DNA from: Nanobdellota archaeon
GTDB lineage: Archaea > Nanobdellota > Nanobdellia > Woesearchaeales > JAGLXL01
Direction: 5' to 3'
DNA: 64,000 nucleotides
Assembly: GCA_042577865.1 (NCBI GenBank)
Contig: JBHPDN010000003.1
Location: forward strand, 786 to 64,785
The notes under the pieces are model-generated. The model searched no databases, had not been told where the DNA came from, and saw nothing but the letters and a program-made list of their open reading frames with translations. Of the stretch, positions 46,938 through 55,083 are shown in pieces. The position numbers and the translations under genes are program-made. Each line of letters opens with the position of its first letter. The stretch's first letter is position 1.

Positions 46938-47692
46938 GTGATAAAAATAGGGTGGAGTCAATTTTATTTGCGACAGGTAAGGACATTGCTCTAGAAGAAA
47001 TCGCCAGGTTAAGCAGTCTGGGTGAAGCCAAAGTTTTGAATATTCTTAAAGATATGAAAGAGGAGTTTGACAAAAGTGACAATTCCTTGAAACTGATTGA
47101 GAAAGGAAGATTCTGGAAACTGACAATCAAAGACAAGTATTTACCTTTGGTTTCAAATTTAATTACAGAGACAGAACTGGATAAGTCGACGATGGAAACC
47201 CTTGCTGTGATAGCTTGGAAATATCCAATTTTACAATCAGATGTAATCAAAATTCGCCACAATAAGGCTTATGAGCATATGAAACAGTTGAAAGAGATGG
47301 GTTTTATTGTCAAAGAAAAAAGCGGACGTACTTTTAAGATTAAACTGACTGAGAAATTTTTTAGTTATTTTGATTTACCAACACAGGATGCTAAGGATGC
47401 TTTTAGAAAAGTTATTCCTGAAGATATCCAAAAGGAAATAATGGAAAAAGAAAAAGAAATCAAGGAAAAGGAAAAAGAGATTGAAGAGATAAAAAAGACA
47501 AAAGGTGATGAGGAAGAACCTCAACCAGAACCGCCGGTGCCAGAACCTGAACCTGAACCGGTTCCTGAACCAGGTCCGACTCCTGAGCCAGAGCCAATGC
47601 CTGAGCCAGTGAACAATGAGGAAGAGGATGAAGGACCTCCACCACCTGAGCCAAACCCTGAACCGGCTCCACCGATGACAAAGGAAGAATAA
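46934..47692 (+). CDS. scpB: Segregation and condensation protein B with a Pro/Glu-rich C-terminal tail
   Basis: ESILFATGKDIALEEIA...TLAVIAWKYPILQSDVIKIR (two winged-helix domains), then EPQPEPPVPEPEPEPVPEPGPTPEPEPMPEP... Confidence 0.8.
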   Translation: MSDKNRVESILFATGKDIALEEIARLSSLGEAKVLNILKDMKEEFDKSDNSLKLIEKGRFWKLTIKDKYLPLVSNLITETELDKSTMETLAVIAWKYPILQSDVIKIRHNKAYEHMKQLKEMGFIVKEKSGRTFKIKLTEKFFSYFDLPTQDAKDAFRKVIPEDIQKEIMEKEKEIKEKEKEIEEIKKTKGDEEEPQPEPPVPEPEPEPVPEPGPTPEPEPMPEPVNNEEEDEGPPPPEPNPEPAPPMTKEE

Positions 47693-47736
47693 TTCTAAAT
47701 TTTTTGTTTTAATGATTTATTTTTAGGTTAAAATAA

Positions 47737-47810
47737 TACTTACCATGTAAGTATTTTAATTTTTAAAGTTTAATTATTTTTATTAAAAGATTATACTTAC
47801 ATTGTAGGAT
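47737..47810. promoter_or_regulatory. Two further copies of the TACTTACA-N-TGTAAGTA motif upstream of gyrA
   Basis: TACTTACCATGTAAGTA (47737-47753, one arm mismatch, again followed by TATTTTAA) and TACTTACATTGTAGGAT (47794-47810, degenerate right arm). Confidence 0.55.
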
Positions 47811-47919
47811 AAATAAACGGGGGAATTGGGTGGTTTTTAGACGATAAAACGACCAAAACATTAATAAACATAGCGAAATTCTTGTTTTATGGACGAGAAC
47901 CTCTTTCTAGAGGGTTAAA

Positions 47920-50361
47920 ATGGAAAAGATCGGAACTAAAGTTATACCAAGAGTTATTGAAGAAGAAATGAAACAGTCTTATGTAGACTATGCTATGTCG
48001 GTAATTGTTGGTAGAGCACTGCCTGATGTTCGGGACGGTCTGAAGCCGGTTCATCGTCGAATTCTATTTGCGATGCAGCAAATGGGTATGTTTCATAATA
48101 AGCCTTACAAAAAGAGCGCGCGTATTGTAGGGGAAGTTTTGGGTAAATACCACCCACATGGTGATACTGCTGTTTATGATACAATGGTAAGGATGGCTCA
48201 GGATTTTTCTTTGAGATATCCTTTGATTGACGGCCAGGGTAACTTTGGAAGTATTGACGGCGATCGAGCAGCAGCCATGAGGTATACAGAAGCAAGACTG
48301 AAAAAATTAAGTGAAGAATTGCTACAAGATATTGATAAAAACACAGTCAAGTTCAAAGATAATTTTGATGGTTCATTAAAAGAACCGGAAGTTCTGCCAA
48401 GCAAGGGCCCAAATTTACTGATTAATGGTTCTGCTGGAATTGCAGTGGGTATGGCCACCAATATTCCACCCCATAATCTCAAGGAAGTAACAGAGGGTGC
48501 GATAGCCTTGATTGACAATCCAGAAATTGATATCAAGGAGTTAATGGAAAAAATTCCCGGACCTGATTTTCCAACCGGAGCTCATATTGTGGGTAGGGCA
48601 GGAATCATTGATGCTTACACTAAAGGCCGAGGTAGAGTAGTAATCAAAGCAGTAGCTGAAGTTGAAGACGGCAAAATCATTGTGTCTGAAATTCCTTATA
48701 TGGTCAACAAAGCCATGCTGATTGAACAGATAGCAGATTTAGTAAGAGACAAAAAAATTGAAGGTATTAGAAATCTCAGGGATGAATCAGACAGAGAAGG
48801 AATCAGAGTTGTAATTGAATTAAAATCTGGGGCTGACAGTTCAGTTGTTTTGAATCAGTTGTATAAATACAGTAGATTAAAAGTTACTTTTGGTGTTTTT
48901 CTTCTGGCTTTAGTTAACAATGAACCAAAGCTTTTGAATTTGAAAGGCATGCTCAACTTTTTTGTTAAACACAGGCAACAAGTGGTGAGGAAGAGAACAG
49001 AATTTGATTTGAAAAAAGCTGAAGAAAGAGCTCATGTTTTGGAAGGATTAATCATAGCGATTGATAATATTGATGAAGTAATTCCCGGCATCCGCAAGAG
49101 CAAGACAGTTGAAGATGCCAAGAATTTCTTAATGTCTAATTATGATTTGACTGAAATACAAGCCAAGGCAATCTTAGAAATGAGACTGCAGAAACTGGCT
49201 TCACTGGAACAGGAGAAGATTAAGAAAGAGCATGAAGAATTATTGGTTTTGATTGGACAATTAAAAGAAATTTTAGATGATGAGAAAAAGATTTTAGAAA
49301 TTATCAAAAAAGAACTGATTGAGTTGATGGAAAAATATGGAGATGAAAGAAGAACCTTGATCCATGAAGATGAAGAAAGAGATTTTGACATGGAAGAACT
49401 GATCAAGGAAGAAGATATGGTGGTGACAATCACCCATACAGGTTATATCAAGAGACTGCCGATTACAGTTTACAAAACACAGAGAAGGGGCGGCAAAGGC
49501 GTGATTGCCACAGGCACTAAAGAAGAAGATTTTGTTGAGGATTTATTTGTGACTTCGACACACAGCCACTTGTTATTTTTTACAAACAAAGGCCAGGTCT
49601 ACTGGCAGAAAGTTTACGATATTCCGGTCGGTGGAAGAGGTGCCCGCGGCAGACCAATTGTTAATTTGGTTGGTTTGCGAGAAGGAGAAAAAATTACTTC
49701 AATGGTGCCGGTTCGGGAGTTTAAGGAAGGAGATTACTTAGTGATGGGTACTAAAAGAGGAGTAGTCAAAAAAAGCTCATTGATGGAATTCAGCCGACCG
49801 CGAAAGAGCGGAATCAGGGCAATTAATTTTGATGATGGTGATGAACTGATTGGAGTAGTCTTAACGGACGGCAACAAACAAGTAATTATGGGAACAAGCA
49901 ACGGGATTGCTATCAGATTTGACGAAAAAACTTTGAGAGCCATGGGTAGAACAGCTCGTGGTGTAAGAGGTATTAATTTACGGGGAGATGATGAAGTAGT
50001 GGGTATGTGTATGGCTGAAGATGATAAGAGTTTACTGACAATCACCAAGAAGGGTTACGGAAAAAGAAGCAAAGTTTCTGATTATAGGTTGATTAATCGC
50101 GGTGGTAAAGGTGTGATTAATATCAAAATTAATGAAAAGATTGGCAAGGTAGTGGGAATCAAGTCAGTAAATGATGACGACCAGCTGATGTTTATTTCCA
50201 AGCAAGGGATTGCTATCAGGATGATGGCTAAAGATATTTCAGTAATTGGTAGGGCAACACAGGGTGTCCGCATTATGAAATTAGGTGAAGGTGATAAGGT
50301 GATGGCAGTAGCCAAGATTGTGGCTGAGAACGGAGAAAATGGTGAAGACAAAAATAATTGA
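47920..50361 (+). CDS. gyrA: DNA gyrase subunit A
   Basis: 813 aa with [45 protein letters not shown] (catalytic Tyr) and C-terminal beta-pinwheel repeats. No gyrB is adjacent in this window. Confidence 0.95.
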   Translation: MEKIGTKVIPRVIEEEMKQSYVDYAMSVIVGRALPDVRDGLKPVHRRILFAMQQMGMFHNKPYKKSARIVGEVLGKYHPHGDTAVYDTMVRMAQDFSLRYPLIDGQGNFGSIDGDRAAAMRYTEARLKKLSEELLQDIDKNTVKFKDNFDGSLKEPEVLPSKGPNLLINGSAGIAVGMATNIPPHNLKEVTEGAIALIDNPEIDIKELMEKIPGPDFPTGAHIVGRAGIIDAYTKGRGRVVIKAVAEVEDGKIIVSEIPYMVNKAMLIEQIADLVRDKKIEGIRNLRDESDREGIRVVIELKSGADSSVVLNQLYKYSRLKVTFGVFLLALVNNEPKLLNLKGMLNFFVKHRQQVVRKRTEFDLKKAEERAHVLEGLIIAIDNIDEVIPGIRKSKTVEDAKNFLMSNYDLTEIQAKAILEMRLQKLASLEQEKIKKEHEELLVLIGQLKEILDDEKKILEIIKKELIELMEKYGDERRTLIHEDEERDFDMEELIKEEDMVVTITHTGYIKRLPITVYKTQRRGGKGVIATGTKEEDFVEDLFVTSTHSHLLFFTNKGQVYWQKVYDIPVGGRGARGRPIVNLVGLREGEKITSMVPVREFKEGDYLVMGTKRGVVKKSSLMEFSRPRKSGIRAINFDDGDELIGVVLTDGNKQVIMGTSNGIAIRFDEKTLRAMGRTARGVRGINLRGDDEVVGMCMAEDDKSLLTITKKGYGKRSKVSDYRLINRGGKGVINIKINEKIGKVVGIKSVNDDDQLMFISKQGIAIRMMAKDISVIGRATQGVRIMKLGEGDKVMAVAKIVAENGENGEDKNN

Positions 50362-50728
50362 ACTTCTTGATTTGATTAAGACAGATTTAGAATTAAGTGA
50401 CTGGTCCAAGGCCTTGACACTGAAAGACCAGCATAAATGGTTTTTGGATGAAGTGGACGAACTGAAAGAAGCCTTGGCAAAAGAAGATATGGAAAATTAT
50501 CATGAAGAGTTAGGAGATGTTTTATGGGATTTGTTGAAGTTGATTTTGATTGCAGAAAAAGAGGGGATTGGTGCGGCTCGAGATATAATTGAAGATGTGA
50601 GGAAAAAAATCAGCACTCGGAAACCGCATTTACTTAACGGCAAAAAAGTTAGTGTTGAAGAAGAGTCTAAAATTTGGCATGAGATCAAAGCCAAGGAGAA
50701 AAATGAAAGGGCTGGCAATAACGGATAA
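50339..50728 (+). CDS. MazG-like nucleoside triphosphate pyrophosphohydrolase
   Basis: EVDELKEAL...[12 protein letters not shown] (EExxE/D all-alpha NTP-PPase motif). Start at MVKTKII overlaps the gyrA 3' end. Confidence 0.75.
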   Translation: MVKTKIIELLDLIKTDLELSDWSKALTLKDQHKWFLDEVDELKEALAKEDMENYHEELGDVLWDLLKLILIAEKEGIGAARDIIEDVRKKISTRKPHLLNGKKVSVEEESKIWHEIKAKEKNERAGNNG

Positions 50729-51752
50729 GGGTTTGGAAGATATTTCTTTATTAGAGATTAAGGAGTTGTTAAAAGTTTCCGGTAAGGTGGTTGATTCTGG
50801 AGTAGTTTTTGACTTTAAGAAAATAGACGATTTGTATAAGTTGTGTTATCTGGGGCAATCGGTGTTTAAGGTTTTAAATTTGATTGATAATTTTTCAATG
50901 AAAAATGATTTGATTGAGGAGCTGAAGAGCAGAGTGAAGAAGATTGATTTTTCTAAATATTTGGGAAAGGGTCAAACCTTTGCGGTGCGGAGTTGGCACA
51001 AGAAGATTGAAAATTCCCGAGGGGAAATTGAAGGAGCAGTTGGTTCAGTGATTCCTGGGAAAGTTAATTTGAGTGACCCAGATGTGGTATTTTTTGTTTA
51101 TGTCTACGGCTCAGATGTTTATTTTGGAATTGATGTGGGTGGTTTGGATTTGAGTGAGAGGGAGTATAAGATTTTTTCACATCCCAATTCGTTGAAAGGG
51201 CCAGTGGCTTATGGTTTGGTTCGACTAGGCTGGAATAGCAAAGGAAAACTGGTGAATTACTCCTGCAAAAGCGGGGAAGTCGGGATTGAGGCAGCTTTGT
51301 TTGGCTCTGGAAAGGCAGTTAATTTTTACAGCAAAGATAAATTCGAATTTGATTTAGAAAAATTTGACAAAGTGAAGAGGAAGAAGAAACTTGATATTTG
51401 GTGTGTGGATAGTGATGACCGAAGCTTGTCAGCGACTAAGAAAAATGCCAAGATTGCCGGGGTGAGTCAGTTGGTTCAAGTTTCTAAAATTAAGATTGAA
51501 GATCTGGATGTCAAATTCAAAGAAGGTGAAGTTAGTTGTTTGGTGGGGCAGGTTTTCAGGCCCGAGGAAGTGGATAAAGTTAAGGAATTGTTTTACCAGG
51601 CCGCTTATATATTGTCTGGTAAACTGGTGATTTGCTGTTATGAAAATGAGAATTTTGATAAATTGGCTGAAGAACATAAATTTAAAAAAACAGAAGAAAG
51701 GATGATTGAAAGAGGAGGAATTAAGTATAAGGTTTTGGTGTTTGCTAAATGA
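50703..51752 (+). CDS. THUMP-domain protein of the COG0116/Trm14-RlmL type with degenerate methyltransferase motifs
   Basis: N-terminal [19 protein letters not shown]... and a THUMP region (TFAVRSWHKK, DVVFFVYV...DVYFGIDVGG). The positions of DPxCGSGT and NPPYG read NYSCKSGE and GQVFR. Confidence 0.6.
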   Translation: MKGLAITDKGLEDISLLEIKELLKVSGKVVDSGVVFDFKKIDDLYKLCYLGQSVFKVLNLIDNFSMKNDLIEELKSRVKKIDFSKYLGKGQTFAVRSWHKKIENSRGEIEGAVGSVIPGKVNLSDPDVVFFVYVYGSDVYFGIDVGGLDLSEREYKIFSHPNSLKGPVAYGLVRLGWNSKGKLVNYSCKSGEVGIEAALFGSGKAVNFYSKDKFEFDLEKFDKVKRKKKLDIWCVDSDDRSLSATKKNAKIAGVSQLVQVSKIKIEDLDVKFKEGEVSCLVGQVFRPEEVDKVKELFYQAAYILSGKLVICCYENENFDKLAEEHKFKKTEERMIERGGIKYKVLVFAK

Positions 51753-52342
51753 TCTTGACTAAATTTCGGAAAACTGTTCTGAACGGTTCTATTCGGGAAA
51801 TTAAAACTGGGTTACGGGAAGTTAACCAGCTGGTTTCTAAAGACAATGAAAATTTTTTGATGAAAATTAATTCTTTGGTGAACCGTTTGAGTGATTCTAA
51901 GAATGAGCGGAAGGACAGGCAGGAGATTTTGAAATATTGTGAGAGATTGAATGAAAAAAAGATTTTTTTGCCAAGGGAGATTGCCTCTGAAGCGATTGCT
52001 GATTTAAAAGAGATGGACAAATGTTTAGCTAATGATTGTTTAAGGAGTGTGGTTGTTCTTTGTGGTCGGGTTTTGGAGACAGCTTTGCACCGAAAATATT
52101 TTGAAGCAACTGGAAAGGATTTGTTGGAGAAGGCGCCGGGTTTGGGTTTGGGTAAATTGATTGCTAAATTATCTGAAGCTGAGGTGGTCTTGGATCCGGG
52201 TTTGACCCAGCAGATTCATTTGATTAATCAGATTCGTGTTTTTTCTGTGCATAAGAAAAAAGAAATTTTTCGTCCATCACGTGAGCAGGCCGAGGCAATG
52301 GTTTTGTATACTAAGGATGTGCTGAGGAAGTTGTTTGTATAG
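51749..52342 (+). CDS. Hypothetical protein with a DUF4145-like C-terminal domain
   Basis: GRVLETALHRKY...GLGKLIAKLSEAEVVLDPGLTQQIHLINQIRVFSVH fits my memory of the DUF4145 pattern. 4-nt overlap with the upstream gene. Confidence 0.45.
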   Translation: MILTKFRKTVLNGSIREIKTGLREVNQLVSKDNENFLMKINSLVNRLSDSKNERKDRQEILKYCERLNEKKIFLPREIASEAIADLKEMDKCLANDCLRSVVVLCGRVLETALHRKYFEATGKDLLEKAPGLGLGKLIAKLSEAEVVLDPGLTQQIHLINQIRVFSVHKKKEIFRPSREQAEAMVLYTKDVLRKLFV

Positions 52343-52379
52343 AAAAGTTTATATATACTCAATTTTGATATGTTTATTC

Positions 52380-52713
52380 GGTAGGGGCGGTTTTAGCTGA
52401 CGGCTTTAAGCTGAGGAAAGTCCACCCACCAAAGGCTAAGGTTTTTTATGAAATCTTAGTTGGAAGAAAGTCACTCTCGGAAGGGAGAGGGAGAAATCCC
52501 TGGCTCTGGCTCAGAAACGACACGTCCATGAACGAGGATGAAAATGGCGAAGCTGCTTGAGAAGGCAGTGAGTTAACCCGTAGACGTTGTTCATGGGAAC
52601 GATGAAACGGCGAAACCTGACTGGTGCAAGTCCGGAATGGACGCTAAGTAGAATGCTAGAACAGTTCGTCCGATTACGGGAACTGACAAAAGGTGGCTTA
52701 TCCCGCCCTACCA
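52380..52713 (+). ncRNA. rnpB: RNase P RNA (archaeal type)
   Basis: The 5' GGTAGGGGCGG pairs with the 3' CCCGCCCTACC (P1). Conserved GAGGAAAGTCC (CR-I) and ACAAAAGGTGGCTTA (CR-V-like). TTTATATATA lies 22 nt upstream and a T-rich tract follows the 3' end. Confidence 0.9.
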
Positions 52714-52728
52714 ACTTTATTATTCAAA

Positions 52729-52905
52729 ATGGGAAAAGACGATAAAATCAGGATGCCTTCGGGCATAGGTGGAATTACCAGGTATTTTGACGAATACAAG
52801 AGTAAATTTGAATTTGCACCTGGTTTAGTAATAGTTCTTTGTATTGTGGTTATGATCATTGTTATTATTCTGCACTTTTTTGGCAGCAGTCTATTAGGTA
52901 TCTAA
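52729..52905 (+). CDS. secG: Preprotein translocase subunit Sec61beta (archaeal SecG)
   Basis: MGKDDKIRMPSGIGGITRYFDEYKSKFEFAPGLVIV... followed by a TM tail. Start moved to M13 because the longer ORF overlaps the RNase P RNA. Confidence 0.8.
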   Translation: MGKDDKIRMPSGIGGITRYFDEYKSKFEFAPGLVIVLCIVVMIIVIILHFFGSSLLGI

Positions 52906-52908
52906 AAG

Positions 52909-53250
52909 ATGTTTCCTGGAATGAATCCTCGGAAGATGCAACAGGCCATGAAGAAGATGGGCATTGCTCAAGTAGAGATACCGGCCACAGAAGTAATTAT
53001 TAAAACTGAGGAGAAAGACATAGTCATTACTGAACCGTCTGTTTCTAAAGTCAATATGATGGGCCAGGAAACCTTTCAAGTTTCTGGAACTATTCATGAA
53101 ATGGAAAAATCAAGTGAGCCTGAAATTTCTGAAGATGATGTGAAAATGGTGATGGAACAGACTGAATGTTCTGAAGAAGAAGCAAAACAAACTTTGGAAG
53201 AAACGTCTGGAGACTTGGCTGAAGCAATTTTGAAGCTAAAAAAGGAATAA
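52909..53250 (+). CDS. nac: Nascent polypeptide-associated complex protein (NAC + UBA)
   Basis: NPRKMQQAMKKMGI..., a NAC beta-barrel segment, and C-terminal EEEAKQTLEETSGDLAEAILKL (UBA). Confidence 0.9.
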   Translation: MFPGMNPRKMQQAMKKMGIAQVEIPATEVIIKTEEKDIVITEPSVSKVNMMGQETFQVSGTIHEMEKSSEPEISEDDVKMVMEQTECSEEEAKQTLEETSGDLAEAILKLKKE

Positions 53251-53282
53251 ATTTAATATACTTCTAATACATTATTATTACT

Positions 53283-53768
53283 ATGGAGAAGTTCCAAGAG
53301 TTGAGGGAGGAGTCTATTAAATATTTGAAAAACGCTGACCATATGTTGGGAGTAACTTATCCTTTGATCGGCGACACTAAAATTCTGCTCAATGTGACAG
53401 ATAATATCTTTTTGTCTTTGAGCAAAGCTATGGGAGCAATCCTTCACCATGAAAGATTATTCAAGCAGATTCCTCCGTTCAATGATAATTTTGAAGGTAA
53501 GTTGGAGATGTTTAAGAACAAATGTGCGGACAGGTACAATCTGGATCCGGCTTATGCCAAATTAATCCAGGAAATCAGAGAAATCATTGTTTTACACAAA
53601 AAAAGCCCAGTTGAATTCAAAAGAAAAGATAGATTTATAATTTGTACAGATAATTATAGGATGGTGGCCATCACAGCCAACATGTTAAAGGACCATTTGA
53701 AAAAAACCAAAGAATTTATATCTACTATGCAGTTAATCACCAGAAAAAATGAGAGAATTTTTAAGTGA
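53283..53768 (+). CDS. Hypothetical helical protein, paralog of 53749..54216
   Basis: The N-termini align (ELREESIKYLKNADHML versus EAKEELKRVDHIIY). Contains REIIVLH (R-x5-H). Confidence 0.45.
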   Translation: MEKFQELREESIKYLKNADHMLGVTYPLIGDTKILLNVTDNIFLSLSKAMGAILHHERLFKQIPPFNDNFEGKLEMFKNKCADRYNLDPAYAKLIQEIREIIVLHKKSPVEFKRKDRFIICTDNYRMVAITANMLKDHLKKTKEFISTMQLITRKNERIFK

Positions 53769-54216
53769 AGCTAAGGAAGAGTTGAAGAGAGTCGACCATA
53801 TTATCTATGTAAGTTTGAAGTATACTAGAACAGTGGATATTATCAGAAATGCGTTAAAGCGGTTGGTAAGTGCTTTTGATTTTATTATTGAAGCTTTGTT
53901 AGAGTATGCCAAACAAAACAAGAAAATCAAGACAACCCCTAGGAGTCCTCGGTTGAAAAGTGAATTGGTGAAGGAAGCTTATGAAGGGGATGAGAAGATA
54001 ATGTGGTACATGAATTTTTATATTTTTTTGAGAGATGTCTTAAAGGCAAAATATACCAAAAGAGAGGAATACAGAAGACATGTTACCATGATAGCCGAAC
54101 TATGGAACATGACGGCTGAAGTTAATATTGACAATCTAGAGGATTGTTTTGATAAGATTGCAGGGGAATTTTTGGATCATACTGAAACAATAATGGGTTT
54201 TAAAGAAGAGGAATAA
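53749..54216 (+). CDS. Hypothetical helical protein, paralog of 53283..53768
   Basis: 20-nt overlap with the upstream paralog. Contains REEYRRH (R-x5-H). Confidence 0.45.
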   Translation: MREFLSEAKEELKRVDHIIYVSLKYTRTVDIIRNALKRLVSAFDFIIEALLEYAKQNKKIKTTPRSPRLKSELVKEAYEGDEKIMWYMNFYIFLRDVLKAKYTKREEYRRHVTMIAELWNMTAEVNIDNLEDCFDKIAGEFLDHTETIMGFKEEE

Positions 54217-54219
54217 AAA

Positions 54220-54726
54220 ATGGCAAAAAAGAAGGTGGTTAGGAAAACTGAAGTTAATAGTCCTCAGAGTAGGTGGGCTGAGGAGAAGATTAGGGAATCT
54301 GAGAAGGTTTATGATTCAATTAAAAGTCACGATGAATTTACTCGTAAGTTGACTTTCTGGTCAAGTTTGATTGTAATTGTGTTCAGTAATTTTCTAATTG
54401 CGATTGTGTTAATTCCTTTTTTAGCTGTTCTGAATAAATGGTTTTTGGATTTAGTGATTGTAGTCATTGGTTTGATGATGGGTTTTATTTTTGATTTCTT
54501 GTTAAGGAGCATTGACAATCTGGAGAGGAAACATCATTTGATAGCAATCATTTTTGTACCGTTGGTGGGAATCTTTAATGTTGTTATTTCTGTAATTTTA
54601 GCCAACCAACTGATTGAACAGATTCAGCTGAATAATGTTCGGGAGAGTCCTTGGCTGATTGCAGTAATATATGGTGTGGCCTTTGTACTGCCTTATCTCT
54701 ATGGATTGGTCAGAAAAAAGAGATAA
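54220..54726 (+). CDS. Hypothetical membrane protein (168 aa, ~4 TM helices)
   Basis: Charged N-terminus followed by four hydrophobic helices. Third gene of the run. Confidence 0.5.
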   Translation: MAKKKVVRKTEVNSPQSRWAEEKIRESEKVYDSIKSHDEFTRKLTFWSSLIVIVFSNFLIAIVLIPFLAVLNKWFLDLVIVVIGLMMGFIFDFLLRSIDNLERKHHLIAIIFVPLVGIFNVVISVILANQLIEQIQLNNVRESPWLIAVIYGVAFVLPYLYGLVRKKR

Positions 54727-54760
54727 TTTTATATAGGTTAATTTTTACTTTTTTCTTTAT

Positions 54761-54871
54761 GGCGGTAGTCGTATAACGGTTAGTATACAGGACTGTGGCA
54801 GCGAAACAGAGTTTCTGGCTCTGCATTGCTGCAGAGATCCTGTGGAGGGGGTTCGATTCCCCCCTATCGCC
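54761..54871 (+). tRNA. tRNA-His (anticodon GUG) with an encoded G-1 and a 38-nt intron at 37/38 (54799-54836)
   Basis: G-1 opposite discriminator C. Acceptor GCGGTAG/CTATCGC, D stem GTAT/GTAT (G-U closed), CAGGA-CTGTGG[..]A-TCCTG, 4-nt variable loop, GGGGG-TTCGATT-CCCCC. TTTTATATAG lies 23 nt upstream. Confidence 0.8.
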
Positions 54872-54905
54872 CTTCTAATTTAATTAAATCAATTTTAACC
54901 ACAAT

Positions 54906-54919
54906 CTTTATAAACAACC
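54906..54919 (+). promoter_or_regulatory. Promoter core of the L3 operon (CTTTATAAACAACC)
   Basis: Identical 14-mer to the S13-operon promoter. It lies ~165 nt upstream of the rpl3 ATG, implying a long leader. Confidence 0.55.
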
Positions 54920-55083
54920 TCCTTTATTTCTGGAATTACTCACGAAGTATTTAAGATTATTAGATACTAATACACAAGCCTGAAAAGGAGTTTCCTGTGT
55001 GTGCATGGAAATTTCTCGAACGGAACTTCATCAAAAGGCTTATTTTTGGCTGCAAAGTCAGTTAGATAAGTCTTCTTGCTACA

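Noticed and set aside
52511-52714. 67-aa ORF (minus strand)
   Set aside because: It is antisense to the RNase P RNA.
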